From positions 1 to 64,000 of the IMG/VR virus record IMGVR_UViG_3300036833_000232: a stretch of DNA of 64,000 nt, one strand, 5' to 3'. The translations under genes and the position numbers were made by a program. The notes under the pieces were generated by a model. It was not told where the DNA came from, made no database searches, and saw nothing but the letters and a program-made list of their open reading frames with translations. The stretch comes from a virus. Taxonomy: Duplodnaviria; Caudoviricetes. Numbering within the stretch: position 1 is the stretch's first letter; each line of letters starts with the position of its first letter. This document shows positions 9,300 to 18,911 of the stretch, piece by piece.

Positions 9300-9506
9300 C
9301 CGACCTACTGACGGATCACCGCACCCCAACACCGCATGTCACAGGTACTGTGATCAAGCGGTACCCCCGAACGGGTGACAGATGGAGGTGTCGCGTGTCG
9401 ATGTGGCGCGTCATCGGGGACATCACCCTCACCGCCCTATCGGCCACGGTGCTCGTGGTGTGCGGACTGCTCTACCTGAAAATCGTGCCCTGACCGAGGA
9501 GCCGCG

Positions 9507-10343
9507 GTGGATATCGATGCCAGCACCTGCCCCTGCTACTGCCACACCACCACCCCGGATGCGTCGTGCACGATCCTCGGCGGGTGCGGATACCTGCACG
9601 CCACCCGCCACCGCTGCCGACGCGGCGACCGGTGTGCCGACTGGGACCAGGTCGACACGGTCGAACCGGATGGTTCCCGCGGCCGGGTCCGGATCGGTGC
9701 CCCCATCAACAGTTCGACCGGCCTGTGCCTGGTGTGCGCCGGGCGCGCCGGGCAGGCGGTGGCCGAGTTGCCTCGCGACTACACCGAACTGTCCCTCATC
9801 CTCGGCCGCACCAGTATCGGCGGGGGCGAACCGGTCGCCGGGACCCCCGGGTTGTCCGTGCCGGTCCGGTTGGATGTGGAGGCTCTGCGCGCGGGGATGG
9901 TCGCCGAAACGACATGCTGGGCTGAGGTCGTCGCCGAACGCATCGGCGTCACCTGGAACTCCGACCTGATGGACCGGCACACCCGCCCCGGGTGGGCGCT
10001 GCAACGCGCCTGCCACCTGCTGGCCGCCGCGATGTCGCCGTGGCTGGCGGTACGAGACTGGACCCGCATGATGTGGCACCCCGACGGCCAGGCCGCGGAC
10101 CCCGAACCCCAGGACGGCGTCGACGGCGCTATCGCCCTCATCGAGCTGCACCACCAGGCCCGCCGATTGTGTGGGGTGACGCGGCTGGTGCACCGGATGC
10201 CGGTGCCGTGCATCACCTGCGGCCGGCGTGCGCTGCACCGCGACAACGGCGACGACCAGGTGTATTGCACCTACTGCGACCGTGTTTACAGTGGCGGCGA
10301 CTACAGCCAGGTGGTGTCGGTGCTCGCGTCGGCCGCCGGGTAG
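9507..10343 (+). CDS. Zn-finger protein, possible late-gene regulator
   Basis: multiple CxxC (CLVC, CITC, CTYC); lies upstream of the late region. Confidence 0.65.
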   Translation: MDIDASTCPCYCHTTTPDASCTILGGCGYLHATRHRCRRGDRCADWDQVDTVEPDGSRGRVRIGAPINSSTGLCLVCAGRAGQAVAELPRDYTELSLILGRTSIGGGEPVAGTPGLSVPVRLDVEALRAGMVAETTCWAEVVAERIGVTWNSDLMDRHTRPGWALQRACHLLAAAMSPWLAVRDWTRMMWHPDGQAADPEPQDGVDGAIALIELHHQARRLCGVTRLVHRMPVPCITCGRRALHRDNGDDQVYCTYCDRVYSGGDYSQVVSVLASAAG

Positions 10344-10353
10344 CCGACCGGTG

Positions 10354-10764
10354 ATGAAGCGGCGCCGGTGGCCGCGGCCGGCGGACACGGCGGTGGACCG
10401 GGCGCGGGCCATCGCCCGCGAGTACCGGGAAGCCCTGACCCGGGCGGATCCAGCCCAGTGCGCAGTGTTGGACCGGGCGGCGGCCGAGTTCGGCGAAACC
10501 TGGCTGACCGGTGCCGTCCAACACACGGACAGTGAACTGCTCACCCTCACCGACCTCGCGGAACTGCTCGGGGAGAAGCGAGGGACGGTGTGGGCGTGGT
10601 GGAACCGCGGCCGGATCCCGCGGGAACCCTCGGGGCTGTTCCGGGTGGACGCGGTGGAGGCGGCGTTGGTGGCGTGGCGTGTCGCCCGCGAAAACACCAA
10701 CCTGTCCGATGTCGCGCCGCTACCCTCCCTTCCCCCGGGGTCGCCCTGCCGCGAAGCGACGTGA
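10354..10764 (+). CDS. HTH (MerR/Xis-like) domain protein
   Basis: LTLTDLAELLGEKRGTVWAWWNRGRI. Confidence 0.65.
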   Translation: MKRRRWPRPADTAVDRARAIAREYREALTRADPAQCAVLDRAAAEFGETWLTGAVQHTDSELLTLTDLAELLGEKRGTVWAWWNRGRIPREPSGLFRVDAVEAALVAWRVARENTNLSDVAPLPSLPPGSPCREAT

Positions 10765-10785
10765 CGAGGAGATCCCGGGTACCAG

Positions 10786-11307
10786 ATGGCCAGACTGAAT
10801 GGCGAGGCTTCTGTGGCTGAGGACTTGATTGCCTGGGTGTCCGCGGCGATTGAGCAGACCGAGAAGATCGCACGGGCCGCTGAAGTTGAGGCACCGGGGC
10901 CATGGATACGCGGCCACCGTGAGTACAACCCGAAGGTTGATACCCCCGATGGCCAGCAGATCTACGACTCGGCGAGAGATGTGGTCGTCTACGACGAGGG
11001 GCAGCCCGGTCCAGCGTCAGTGGGGCACATCGTTCACAACAACCCGGCGGACACCCTGCGCCGCTGTGAAGCCGACCGGCGGCTGCTGGACCAGGTACAG
11101 ACGTGGCGGCACGAGTACGTTGACGGGGACCCGTGGTTTTCCTGCGCGCAAGCGGTGGATGACTCCGGTGCAGAACCGGGTAGCGGGTGCGCTGACGATG
11201 ACCGCGCTGGCCAGCCGTGCGACTGCCCGACCGGAACCCACATTAAGCAGGTGATGGCCGCGCTCGCGGCCCGCTACGGCATCACTACCGAGGAGATCCC
11301 GGCATGA
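10786..11307 (+). CDS. DUF6221-like actinophage protein
   Basis: HIVHNNPADTLRRCEADRRLL...ALAARY. Confidence 0.65.
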   Translation: MARLNGEASVAEDLIAWVSAAIEQTEKIARAAEVEAPGPWIRGHREYNPKVDTPDGQQIYDSARDVVVYDEGQPGPASVGHIVHNNPADTLRRCEADRRLLDQVQTWRHEYVDGDPWFSCAQAVDDSGAEPGSGCADDDRAGQPCDCPTGTHIKQVMAALAARYGITTEEIPA

Positions 11308-11425
11308 CCAACTCGGAAACCCGATTGCGTGATCGTTGCACCGGGGATTGTGCCTGGCACGATTCGGTCAGCGCCGAGTACGCGCGTGACCTGCACGAGG
11401 TGCTGTTCGCTGACCCGGTTGGGCC

Positions 11426-11710
11426 GTGGCGCGCGTTTGGCTGGATGTTTCGGCGGCCGAGGCGGTGACCGGCCCGCGCGAACTGCTCGACGCCTATGCC
11501 GGTGACGAGGTCTGCGACTGTGAATGGGTGCACCACGTCACGGAGCGCGTGAACGCCGCCCCGAAAGCGTTCGCCGCGCTGCGGGCCGTGCTCGGGCTGC
11601 ACAAGCCGGACGCCTACAACCGCTGGTGCGAGCACTGCGCAGAACACGAGATGGTGCCGTGGCCGTGCCCGACTGTGCAGGCCATCACGAACGTGTTGGA
11701 GCGCCCGTGA
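11426..11710 (+). CDS. hypothetical Zn-binding protein
   Basis: LHKP...CEHC...WPCPT. Confidence 0.55.
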   Translation: MARVWLDVSAAEAVTGPRELLDAYAGDEVCDCEWVHHVTERVNAAPKAFAALRAVLGLHKPDAYNRWCEHCAEHEMVPWPCPTVQAITNVLERP

Positions 11711-11733
11711 CACGCCCGGCTGCGGCCGGTCGG

Positions 11734-11761
11734 TTGCGTGATGATCTGTCGACTGTAGAGT
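11734..11761 (+). promoter_or_regulatory. candidate late promoter
   Basis: TTGCGT-N16-TAGAGT ahead of hairpin-rich leader and tRNA. Confidence 0.4.
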
Positions 11762-12006
11762 GACGCCTGACTGACAACGCCTGTCCAAAAACAGGCCGCG
11801 CAGGACTCCTGAGTTGGCCCCCACCGTTCCAGCCGGTCGGGGGCCAACGGCATCTCTGTACTCCCCTGCCCTGTTTGGGTGTGGGGTTCTGGCCTCGGCA
11901 CCGGATGTGTCGAGGGTCAACCGAATAACCCCCAGGGGCTGACCCTCCGCCGTCGCCTTGGGGGCGCCAGCCGGCAATTGAGTACCGGGTCTGTCGGCTG
12001 GCACTT

Positions 12007-12081
12007 GCCGGGGTAGCGCAGTTAGGTCAGCGCGGCGGCCCCATAAGCCGCAGGTCGCAGGTTCGAATCCTGCCCCCGCCA
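12007..12081 (+). tRNA. tRNA with CAT anticodon (Met/Ile2-like), atypical
   Basis: cloverleaf with D stem GCGC/GCGC, anticodon stem GCGGC/GCCGC, T arm GCAGG-TTCGAAT-CCTGC; C33 and C2:C71 mismatch. Confidence 0.85.
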
Positions 12082-12161
12082 CCCTGTATGTCGTGTTGTA
12101 GGTCGCTACTGGCCCCCATCCCCCCGCGATTTCCCCCATGTTCACCCGATCGGAGTACCCG

Positions 12162-12422
12162 ATGGCGTTCAATCTGGAACTGATCAAGACAAAGTTGGCG
12201 GACCTGGTGCATGGCGTCGAAGCCGAGATCGGGCCGTGGGCACAGCACCTCCTGGCCGGCCTACACGCGGTAGTGGAAAGCGTCCACGCCCAGGCCGTGG
12301 CCGATGAGCAGACGATCGCCGGACAGGTCGCCGGGGATGTGACGACCGTCGAGACAGCGGTCGGCACCGCAACTCCCGCTCCGGTTGCAGTGGAGACGAC
12401 CGAGCCGCCAGTCACGCAGTGA
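12162..12422 (+). CDS. hypothetical protein
   Basis: GGAG RBS. Confidence 0.6.
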   Translation: MAFNLELIKTKLADLVHGVEAEIGPWAQHLLAGLHAVVESVHAQAVADEQTIAGQVAGDVTTVETAVGTATPAPVAVETTEPPVTQ

Positions 12423-12577
12423 CCCCACCGGTTGTCGCGTTGCTGCTCGCGCTGGCCGTGTTCCTGATCGGCGTGGCCCGCCTCCTACCGCATCCGACCG
12501 CGCAACGCCTCTGCGATCTCGCTGGGGTGATAGCCGCCGGGGTGGTGCTGGTTGTCGACGTCCTTGCAGTCAGCTAG
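12419..12577 (+). CDS. small two-TM membrane protein (holin-like?)
   Basis: 52 aa MTPPVVALLLALAVFLIGVARLL...AGVIAAGVVLVVDVLAVS; GTGA overlap; below ORF-track cutoff. Confidence 0.55.
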   Translation: MTPPVVALLLALAVFLIGVARLLPHPTAQRLCDLAGVIAAGVVLVVDVLAVS

Positions 12578-12594
12578 CACCTCGGCGGTCTGCG

Positions 12595-12777
12595 ATGGGC
12601 CTGCCGAACCGGGCCGTCCCCGAAAGGCGGGTTGGTGTGGCCGAAGCGGATCTGCGGGTAGCGGTCGTCCCGGACGGCCACCAGTTCGCCGAGGTGCTGC
12701 GGATCCTCGCCGAGCACCTCATCGCCGCCGCCGACGACATCGAACACCTCGACGACCCCGACCCGGAGGTCCTGTAG
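12595..12777 (+). CDS. small hypothetical protein
   Basis: ORF coupled to next gene. Confidence 0.5.
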   Translation: MGLPNRAVPERRVGVAEADLRVAVVPDGHQFAEVLRILAEHLIAAADDIEHLDDPDPEVL

Positions 12778-13070
12778 TGCCGCAGGTAGCGCTGAAAATC
12801 ACTGACGACATGCTGCGCACGATCCTGCGGTTGCCGGACACCTGGGACATCACCGGCGCCGGGGTGGAACGGTTCCCGGCCGGTGACGACAACGGTGGCC
12901 TGTGGTCGATGCTGGTACTGGAGTTGGACATCCCGGGTGCACCGTCCGGTGCGGTGGAGGTGCAGCCGTCCTACCGGCGGGCGCCCGGCCCGGACCCGAT
13001 CACCCTGGTTGAGGTGTGCTGGGTCGACGCCGACGGTGTTCGTGCGATCCAGTCGATGACCGCGGACTGA
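12777..13070 (+). CDS. hypothetical protein
   Basis: GGAGG RBS, TAGTG overlap. Confidence 0.6.
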   Translation: MPQVALKITDDMLRTILRLPDTWDITGAGVERFPAGDDNGGLWSMLVLELDIPGAPSGAVEVQPSYRRAPGPDPITLVEVCWVDADGVRAIQSMTAD

Positions 13071-13094
13071 CCGGGTAGTTGGGGGGGGTGTGGG

Positions 13095-14660
13095 ATGCCC
13101 CTGTCGACGGTCACGATCACCGGGTCGTGGGAAACCCCCGCCGGTGCACCCGCGACCGGGCGGGTCATCATCACCCCGGTCGCGTCGACCACCGGTGGCG
13201 GGCAGATCCTGGCGGCCGAGCCGGTGGTGCTGACCCTGACCAACGGGTCAATCGACACCCTGCTGGTGGACAATACGCAGGTCACGACCTTGCAGTACCA
13301 GGTGATCGAACAAATCGACGGGTCGGCGGCGGTCACCTATGTGATCACCCCGACCGGGGGTGCCCTCGATTTGTCGACCGCCCCGCGGGGCACCAGCACC
13401 ACGGCGGTGCCGCTGTATCCGCTGGCGTCGACGGTGGGGCAGCCGGACGGGCTGGCCACGCTCGGCGCGGACGGGACCCTCACCGCCGGGCAGCGGCCGG
13501 TGACCACCACGACGAAGCGGGTGACGTTGGGGTTCGCGTCGCCGAATGGCACCCCGCTGCCGTTCGGCGTCAACCAGATCACCGCGCGGGCATTGGGGAT
13601 GGTGAACACCACCCCGACCCGGTACCGGTTCAAACTCTCGAATGCGTCCGCGCAGAACGGGTCCAACCCGGGCGCCCCTGTCACGGTCAACACCGTTTGG
13701 ATCGGGCGGCCGGCCTACGACGACGCCAGCCACAACAGCAAGTGGCTCGGCGACCTCACCACTACCCCGATCGAGGTGTACGCCGGTGGGGGTTCACTGC
13801 CCACCACCGGAACCGGTGACCTCGTCACCCCGTGGATCACCAACACCGGCGAACTGGCCGTGCACGTGCCGTTTGTGCTGTCCCTCGGCCTGACCGCCGG
13901 CGCCGGTGGTGCGGGTGTCACCGCCACTGACTGCTACGGCGCCATCCAATACGGGGCCACCTCCGCCAACCAAGCCGGCGTCGCGGTCCCCCCGGCCGGC
14001 TACAACTACAGCGGGTTCGTGCTGGACGTGCGCCTGGAGTACGAGTTCCCGGCGGCCCACACGGACCTGGTGGCGTTGGTGATCGGGGCATCCGGCGAAT
14101 CCGGCTACAGCGCCACCGGGGACCTCTCCAGTAACCCGCGGGCGTTGAACGACCCGGTCGACGCGTGGCCGAACACCTGGGCCACCCGACATGGTGTCCA
14201 CGTCATCAACGCCGGGATCTACGGATCGGCCACCACGGACTGGCTGACCACCACCGGCCGCCCCTACACCCGTTTCGACCTAGCCACCACCGTGCCCGAT
14301 GTGGCGATCATCGGGACGATGGCCTCCAACGACATCAGCCTCGGCACCGCGGTGGCCACGGTCATCGCGAACTACCAAACCATCGTGGCCGGACTGAAGG
14401 GCCTCGGGATTCCCCGGGTGTTCGGTGTGACGCTGCCACCGCGGGCACTGTCCGGGGCGGCCGAAACCGCGCGGGTCGCGTTCAACGCCTACATGCGGGC
14501 CATCCCCGACGGGGTGGAAGACGTCTTCGATTTCGACCTGGCACTCCGTACACCGGCCGCAGTGTCCACGATGCTGGCCGACTTGGTGTCCGCCGATGGG
14601 ATCCACCCACTGCGCGGCGGGTACCGAGTACTGAGTCACGTCCCGCAGGTCAGTGCCTGA
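13095..14660 (+). CDS. virion appendage protein with SGNH/GDSL hydrolase domain
   Basis: IGAS, NAGIYG, MASND, DGIHP blocks; N-terminal ~95 aa module shared with 40365 and 42708. Confidence 0.8.
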   Translation: MPLSTVTITGSWETPAGAPATGRVIITPVASTTGGGQILAAEPVVLTLTNGSIDTLLVDNTQVTTLQYQVIEQIDGSAAVTYVITPTGGALDLSTAPRGTSTTAVPLYPLASTVGQPDGLATLGADGTLTAGQRPVTTTTKRVTLGFASPNGTPLPFGVNQITARALGMVNTTPTRYRFKLSNASAQNGSNPGAPVTVNTVWIGRPAYDDASHNSKWLGDLTTTPIEVYAGGGSLPTTGTGDLVTPWITNTGELAVHVPFVLSLGLTAGAGGAGVTATDCYGAIQYGATSANQAGVAVPPAGYNYSGFVLDVRLEYEFPAAHTDLVALVIGASGESGYSATGDLSSNPRALNDPVDAWPNTWATRHGVHVINAGIYGSATTDWLTTTGRPYTRFDLATTVPDVAIIGTMASNDISLGTAVATVIANYQTIVAGLKGLGIPRVFGVTLPPRALSGAAETARVAFNAYMRAIPDGVEDVFDFDLALRTPAAVSTMLADLVSADGIHPLRGGYRVLSHVPQVSA

Positions 14661-14690
14661 CGCGAACTCTCGGCCAGGTGGTGATGGACG

Positions 14691-16925
14691 GTGCCTCAGG
14701 AAAACGTTGGCCCCCACCCCTCCACCCGGGTCGGGGTCACCACCGACATTCAGCCGTTGGGCACGGCGTCCGCCGGTGCCACCGGTCGTATCGCGGACGC
14801 CGGCCACGTACATCCCGCACAGACCGGGCTGCCGCCGTCCGGGGACGCGTCCGGGGACCTGGGAGGCAGCTACCCGGCGCCGACGGTCACGGCGACGCAC
14901 CTGGTGTCGCCGCTGCCGGTCGCCCAGGGTGGCACCGGTAGCGGCACCCAAACCTGGGTGGACCTGACCACCACACAGACCGTGGCCGGGGTGAAGACCT
15001 TCTCGTCAGCCCCGGTAGTGCCGGCCGGGGCGTTCCCCGAAGCGGCGGTGTCAGGTCTGGCCGCGGACCTCGCTGCCCGGCTGGCCGCGGCGAGCAACCT
15101 CGCCGATGTGGCCAACGCGTCCACCGCGCTGGCCAACCTGGGTGGGGTTGCCAAGGGTGCGCTCGTTCTCAACGCCCGGGATTACGGCGCGAAAGCGACC
15201 TACGCCACCTCGACCAGCGGGGCGATGACCGCGTCTTCTGCGGTGTTGACCGACACCAATGCGGCGTTCACCGCTGCGGACATCGGGAAAGTGATCACCG
15301 TGGTGGGGGCTGGTGCGGCCGGGGTGGACCTGTCTACCACCATCGCCTCCCAGCAGTCCACCACCCAAGTCACCCTCACCGCGGCGGCGTCGACCACGGT
15401 GTCCGGTGCGATGTACGGGTTCGGCACCGACGACTCGGCCGCGATCAACGCGACAATCACCGCGGCTGGCAGTGTCGGGGCGACGGTGTATCTGCCGCCC
15501 GGCCGGTACGCGCTCGGCTCGGTTCTTGTCCCGGCCAGCAACGTCGCGATCGTCGGCGCGGGGATCGGCGCGACCACCCTGTTCCCGTTCGGCACCGTGT
15601 CCGCGGTCCAGTTGCAGGCCACCACCGGGAACCCGCTCACCGGGTTCACCCTCGCGCACTTGACGATCGACGGTGCCCGGCAGGTCGGCCCATTCGCGGT
15701 GTCGATCAAGGGTGTGTTCATTCAGTACTGCGCCGGATGCACCTTCGAAGACCTGATCATCCAGAACTGTGTCGCCACCGGCCTCGGCGCCGACTTCCTC
15801 ACCCTCGGCACGGTGATCCACGCGGTCCGGGCAATCAACAACGGCCGGTTGAACCAGGGCGGCGGCAACGGCGCCGGGTCGAACGGCATCGGAGTCGGCA
15901 CCGGCCAACACCCAGTCGAACAGTTCAGCATTTCCCAGTGCTACGCGTACGGCAACGGCCGCTACGGCATCATGCTCGAATCCCAGACCGGCACCACCTC
16001 GACAGGGATCCGGATCGTGGGCTGCTGGTCGCAGGCCAACGGGAACCACGGCTACGGCGACGCCGGCGGGAACGGCGCGATCTGGTCCGGGTGCGTCGCC
16101 TACGCCAACACCATCGACGGGTTCTCCGTCGACAACGGCACCGTCGGCGCGACCGCCGTCCCCGGCGGCAACACCCTGTTCGTGGGCTGTTCAGCGGTCT
16201 CCAACACCCGCTACGGGTTCTCCTACCAACCCACCGCCGGTGTTGCCCCGGGCGCCGGGAACATCACCTATGTCGGCTGCAAAGCAGTCTCGAACACATC
16301 ACTGGGATTCAACTCCAACTCGATCACCAGCCACCCGGTGTCCGGGCTGACCTACCTGGCGTGCGAGGCGTACAGCAACGGGGCGTCCGGGTTGCAGATC
16401 CAAAACCCGATGACCGACCTCAAAGTGTCGAACTGCAAGTTCAACGCCAACGGCCAAGTGTCATCCACCTCCAAGACCGGTATCCAGCTCGGCGCGAACA
16501 TCACCGGCCTCCAAATCGAAGGCTGCCGCATCTACGACGACGGCGGCACCCAGAAACAGACCTACGGCATCGTCATCCCCGCCGGCACCACCATCACCAC
16601 CGGGCACATCGCCAGCAACGACCTCCGCGGGAACCTCACCGGCACCATCAACCTCGCCGGAACCCTCACCGCCGTCGTGTGCCGCGGGAACGTCGGCTAC
16701 ACCGCCACCATCACCCAACCCGGTGTCCCCGCCACCACAGTGGCCTACACCAACCAGTTCGGCGTGGACTGCATGGCCTACATCAACACCGGCACCGTCA
16801 CCGCCATCGCGGTCAACGGGATCGCGACCGGCGAAATGTCCGGCGGGTTTCTGGTGCGCGCCCTGGACACGATCACCCTGACCTACACGGTCGCCCCGAC
16901 CTGGGTGTGGATCCCGCAAGGGTAG
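14691..16925 (+). CDS. right-handed beta-helix tailspike/depolymerase (pectate lyase 3-like)
   Basis: NARDYGA...TDDSAAINATI...VYLPPGRY and periodic C-x-A-x-x-N-x-x-x-G-F repeats. Confidence 0.85.
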   Translation: MPQENVGPHPSTRVGVTTDIQPLGTASAGATGRIADAGHVHPAQTGLPPSGDASGDLGGSYPAPTVTATHLVSPLPVAQGGTGSGTQTWVDLTTTQTVAGVKTFSSAPVVPAGAFPEAAVSGLAADLAARLAAASNLADVANASTALANLGGVAKGALVLNARDYGAKATYATSTSGAMTASSAVLTDTNAAFTAADIGKVITVVGAGAAGVDLSTTIASQQSTTQVTLTAAASTTVSGAMYGFGTDDSAAINATITAAGSVGATVYLPPGRYALGSVLVPASNVAIVGAGIGATTLFPFGTVSAVQLQATTGNPLTGFTLAHLTIDGARQVGPFAVSIKGVFIQYCAGCTFEDLIIQNCVATGLGADFLTLGTVIHAVRAINNGRLNQGGGNGAGSNGIGVGTGQHPVEQFSISQCYAYGNGRYGIMLESQTGTTSTGIRIVGCWSQANGNHGYGDAGGNGAIWSGCVAYANTIDGFSVDNGTVGATAVPGGNTLFVGCSAVSNTRYGFSYQPTAGVAPGAGNITYVGCKAVSNTSLGFNSNSITSHPVSGLTYLACEAYSNGASGLQIQNPMTDLKVSNCKFNANGQVSSTSKTGIQLGANITGLQIEGCRIYDDGGTQKQTYGIVIPAGTTITTGHIASNDLRGNLTGTINLAGTLTAVVCRGNVGYTATITQPGVPATTVAYTNQFGVDCMAYINTGTVTAIAVNGIATGEMSGGFLVRALDTITLTYTVAPTWVWIPQG

Positions 16926-16935
16926 GTGGGGGTTG

Positions 16936-17337
16936 ATGCGTTCCCTGGTTTCGCATCCGCGGGTGCCGCACCCGGCCGACCACGAGTCGTGGCAGACCCG
17001 CATGGCGGACCGGGTCGCGGGCGCGTTCGGCACCATGGGCATGTTCTGGACGCTGGTGTGCTGGCAACTCGGGTGGATCGTGCTGGCCACAGCGGGGGTG
17101 TGGCTGTTCCGAGCCGACCCCTACCCGTTTGTGTTCTGCCTGTTCCTGTCGAACTTGATCCAACTGTGGGCGTTGCCGGTGCTAGGGACCGCCACCAACC
17201 GGGCCGACGAGAAACGGGCAGTGAAAGCCGACACGGACCACGCCGCCCTCACGTCGATTCACCACGCGGTGGATGACGTCGCGGCCCGGCTGGCCCGGAT
17301 CGAAACCCGCATCGGCACCACACCCGAGAGGGGGTGA
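16936..17337 (+). CDS. DUF1003-like membrane protein
   Basis: ADRVAGAFGTM, DPYPFVFCLFLSN, NRAD. Confidence 0.75.
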   Translation: MRSLVSHPRVPHPADHESWQTRMADRVAGAFGTMGMFWTLVCWQLGWIVLATAGVWLFRADPYPFVFCLFLSNLIQLWALPVLGTATNRADEKRAVKADTDHAALTSIHHAVDDVAARLARIETRIGTTPERG

Positions 17338-17428
17338 TCCGGGTGCTGTCCCTGTTCTTGCAGTTCGTGCTGTCCATCACCGTCCTCTGACCACGACCCG
17401 GCCAGGAGAAAAACCCCTCGACGCGGCG

Positions 17429-17857
17429 ATGCCGTTCACCCGCCACGGCCACTGGGTTGGCCATGCCGAACCGCCCATTCCCCTACCGCGCAGTGCCCGT
17501 TGCGGTGGCCCCGCGTTGTGCACCGACTGCGCCCTAGACGCACATCGAGCAGAGGAGTCCGCTGTGACCCAGGCATTCACGATCGGCCCCGTAGTCAGCT
17601 CTTCACCACCAGTGCCAAGCGTGGGTCGGATTGTGCACTACAGCAACCACGACAGCCCAGATTGGTGCCACGCGGCGATCACCACCGCCGTCGGCGAGAC
17701 CGAAACCAACGAGAACAATCTCCACGGAGATGGAACATTCCGGCATGCACTGTGGCTGGCCGTGTTCGACTCCACTGGTATGTCCTTCCGACGGCAGGTG
17801 CTACAGGACGAGAATGGGCACGCTGACGGCACCTGGCACTGGCCCGAGCGCGCATAA
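17429..17857 (+). CDS. hypothetical phage protein
   Basis: PSVGRIVHY...GTWHWPER; start uncertain. Confidence 0.6.
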   Translation: MPFTRHGHWVGHAEPPIPLPRSARCGGPALCTDCALDAHRAEESAVTQAFTIGPVVSSSPPVPSVGRIVHYSNHDSPDWCHAAITTAVGETETNENNLHGDGTFRHALWLAVFDSTGMSFRRQVLQDENGHADGTWHWPERA

Positions 17858-17867
17858 ATCCGTCCAG

Positions 17868-18305
17868 TCAGCCCGTGTGCTCCGGCCCCACTGGACGAAC
17901 CCCACGGCGCGCTGGCACCTGGTGCGCGGCGTCGTATTCGGCAACGATCTCGGCGGGGATACGACCCCGGTCCGCCACCAGATGGCCCGCTTTCCGCGCC
18001 CACTCCCGGATCGCCTTGTTCGCGTGGCCTGATGTGCTCGCGTGAACCCTGACATGGGCGGTTACCGGCTCCGTGTCCCGACTGTTCGCTGCGGCTCGTG
18101 TTCCCATGCCGCGTTTGATTCGGCCCCCGATACGGCGGGCGTGTTCCACGAAACCGGCGAGCGTATCCCGGAGTTGATCCGCGTTCTCCGCGCAGAGATC
18201 AATGGTGTAGTTCACGCCGTCCAACGAGAAGTCCACCGTCTCTACCCCCTCGGTGCTGACACCATCGAGGTCATCCACTACCTCAACAACCACCTTTTGA
18301 GCCAC
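17868..18305 (-). CDS. lsr2: Lsr2 family nucleoid-associated protein
   Basis: AQKVVVEVVDDLDG...YTIDL and IREWARKAG...RGRIP; GGAGG RBS. Confidence 0.93.
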   Translation of the reverse strand: MAQKVVVEVVDDLDGVSTEGVETVDFSLDGVNYTIDLCAENADQLRDTLAGFVEHARRIGGRIKRGMGTRAAANSRDTEPVTAHVRVHASTSGHANKAIREWARKAGHLVADRGRIPAEIVAEYDAAHQVPARRGVRPVGPEHTG

Positions 18306-18647
18306 AACAACCTCCGCCGTTGCCGTTTGTTTATTGGTGGCGGAGAGTATAGAGACGTGCGACACGCCGGGGGCATAAACCTCGCTTGACGTCACCTCAA
18401 TGGGCGAACATGTAGCCTGCCGCACCTACACCATCCTCGACTGGAGTAAAGGCGGCCAATGACTACCCGGAACACGCTGTACACCCTGGACCAGGTGTGC
18501 GCGGTGCACCACGTCACACCCCCCACTGCTACGGGGATCGCCCGGCACCGCGCCGAACAACGCTCCTGGTGGCGGCAGGTGTTTACCCGCCGCCACCCGA
18601 CGGTGCGTCTTTAGCTAGAACCCTCCAAAAGGGGGTTCTTTGGGCTG

Positions 18648-18911
18648 TTACTCGGTTGCCACGCAGAACAGGCAGCGCGGTAACGTTGGCTTCCCTGTCT
18701 GACTGTGAAGCTGGCCCTCCAGATCGTCCCGTTCGTCGAGCAACGCCAGCACCGCATGAGGAGATGCCGCCAGGAACAATTCCAAGCGCTGCCGCGAGGG
18801 TTGGCCAGGCCATTCGCGCGGACCAGTGGTCATCTGTTCGTCGGCGGCCTCCGCTAGTCGACGTAACTCACGCCACGTACAGATGGTGGCGTTCGGGGTG
18901 CAGGCGGTCAC
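18648..18911 (-). CDS. Ead/Ea22-like small protein
   Basis: AASPHAVLALLDERD motif; GTGA overlap. Confidence 0.5.
   Translation of the reverse strand: MTACTPNATICTWRELRRLAEAADEQMTTGPREWPGQPSRQRLELFLAASPHAVLALLDERDDLEGQLHSQTGKPTLPRCLFCVATE

Noticed and set aside
12007-12081. tRNA as prophage attachment site
   Set aside because: Phage-like genes on both sides and no duplicated 3' end seen.
14658-14691. Readthrough between SGNH gene and tailspike (same frame)
   Set aside because: A second in-frame TGA lies in the spacer.
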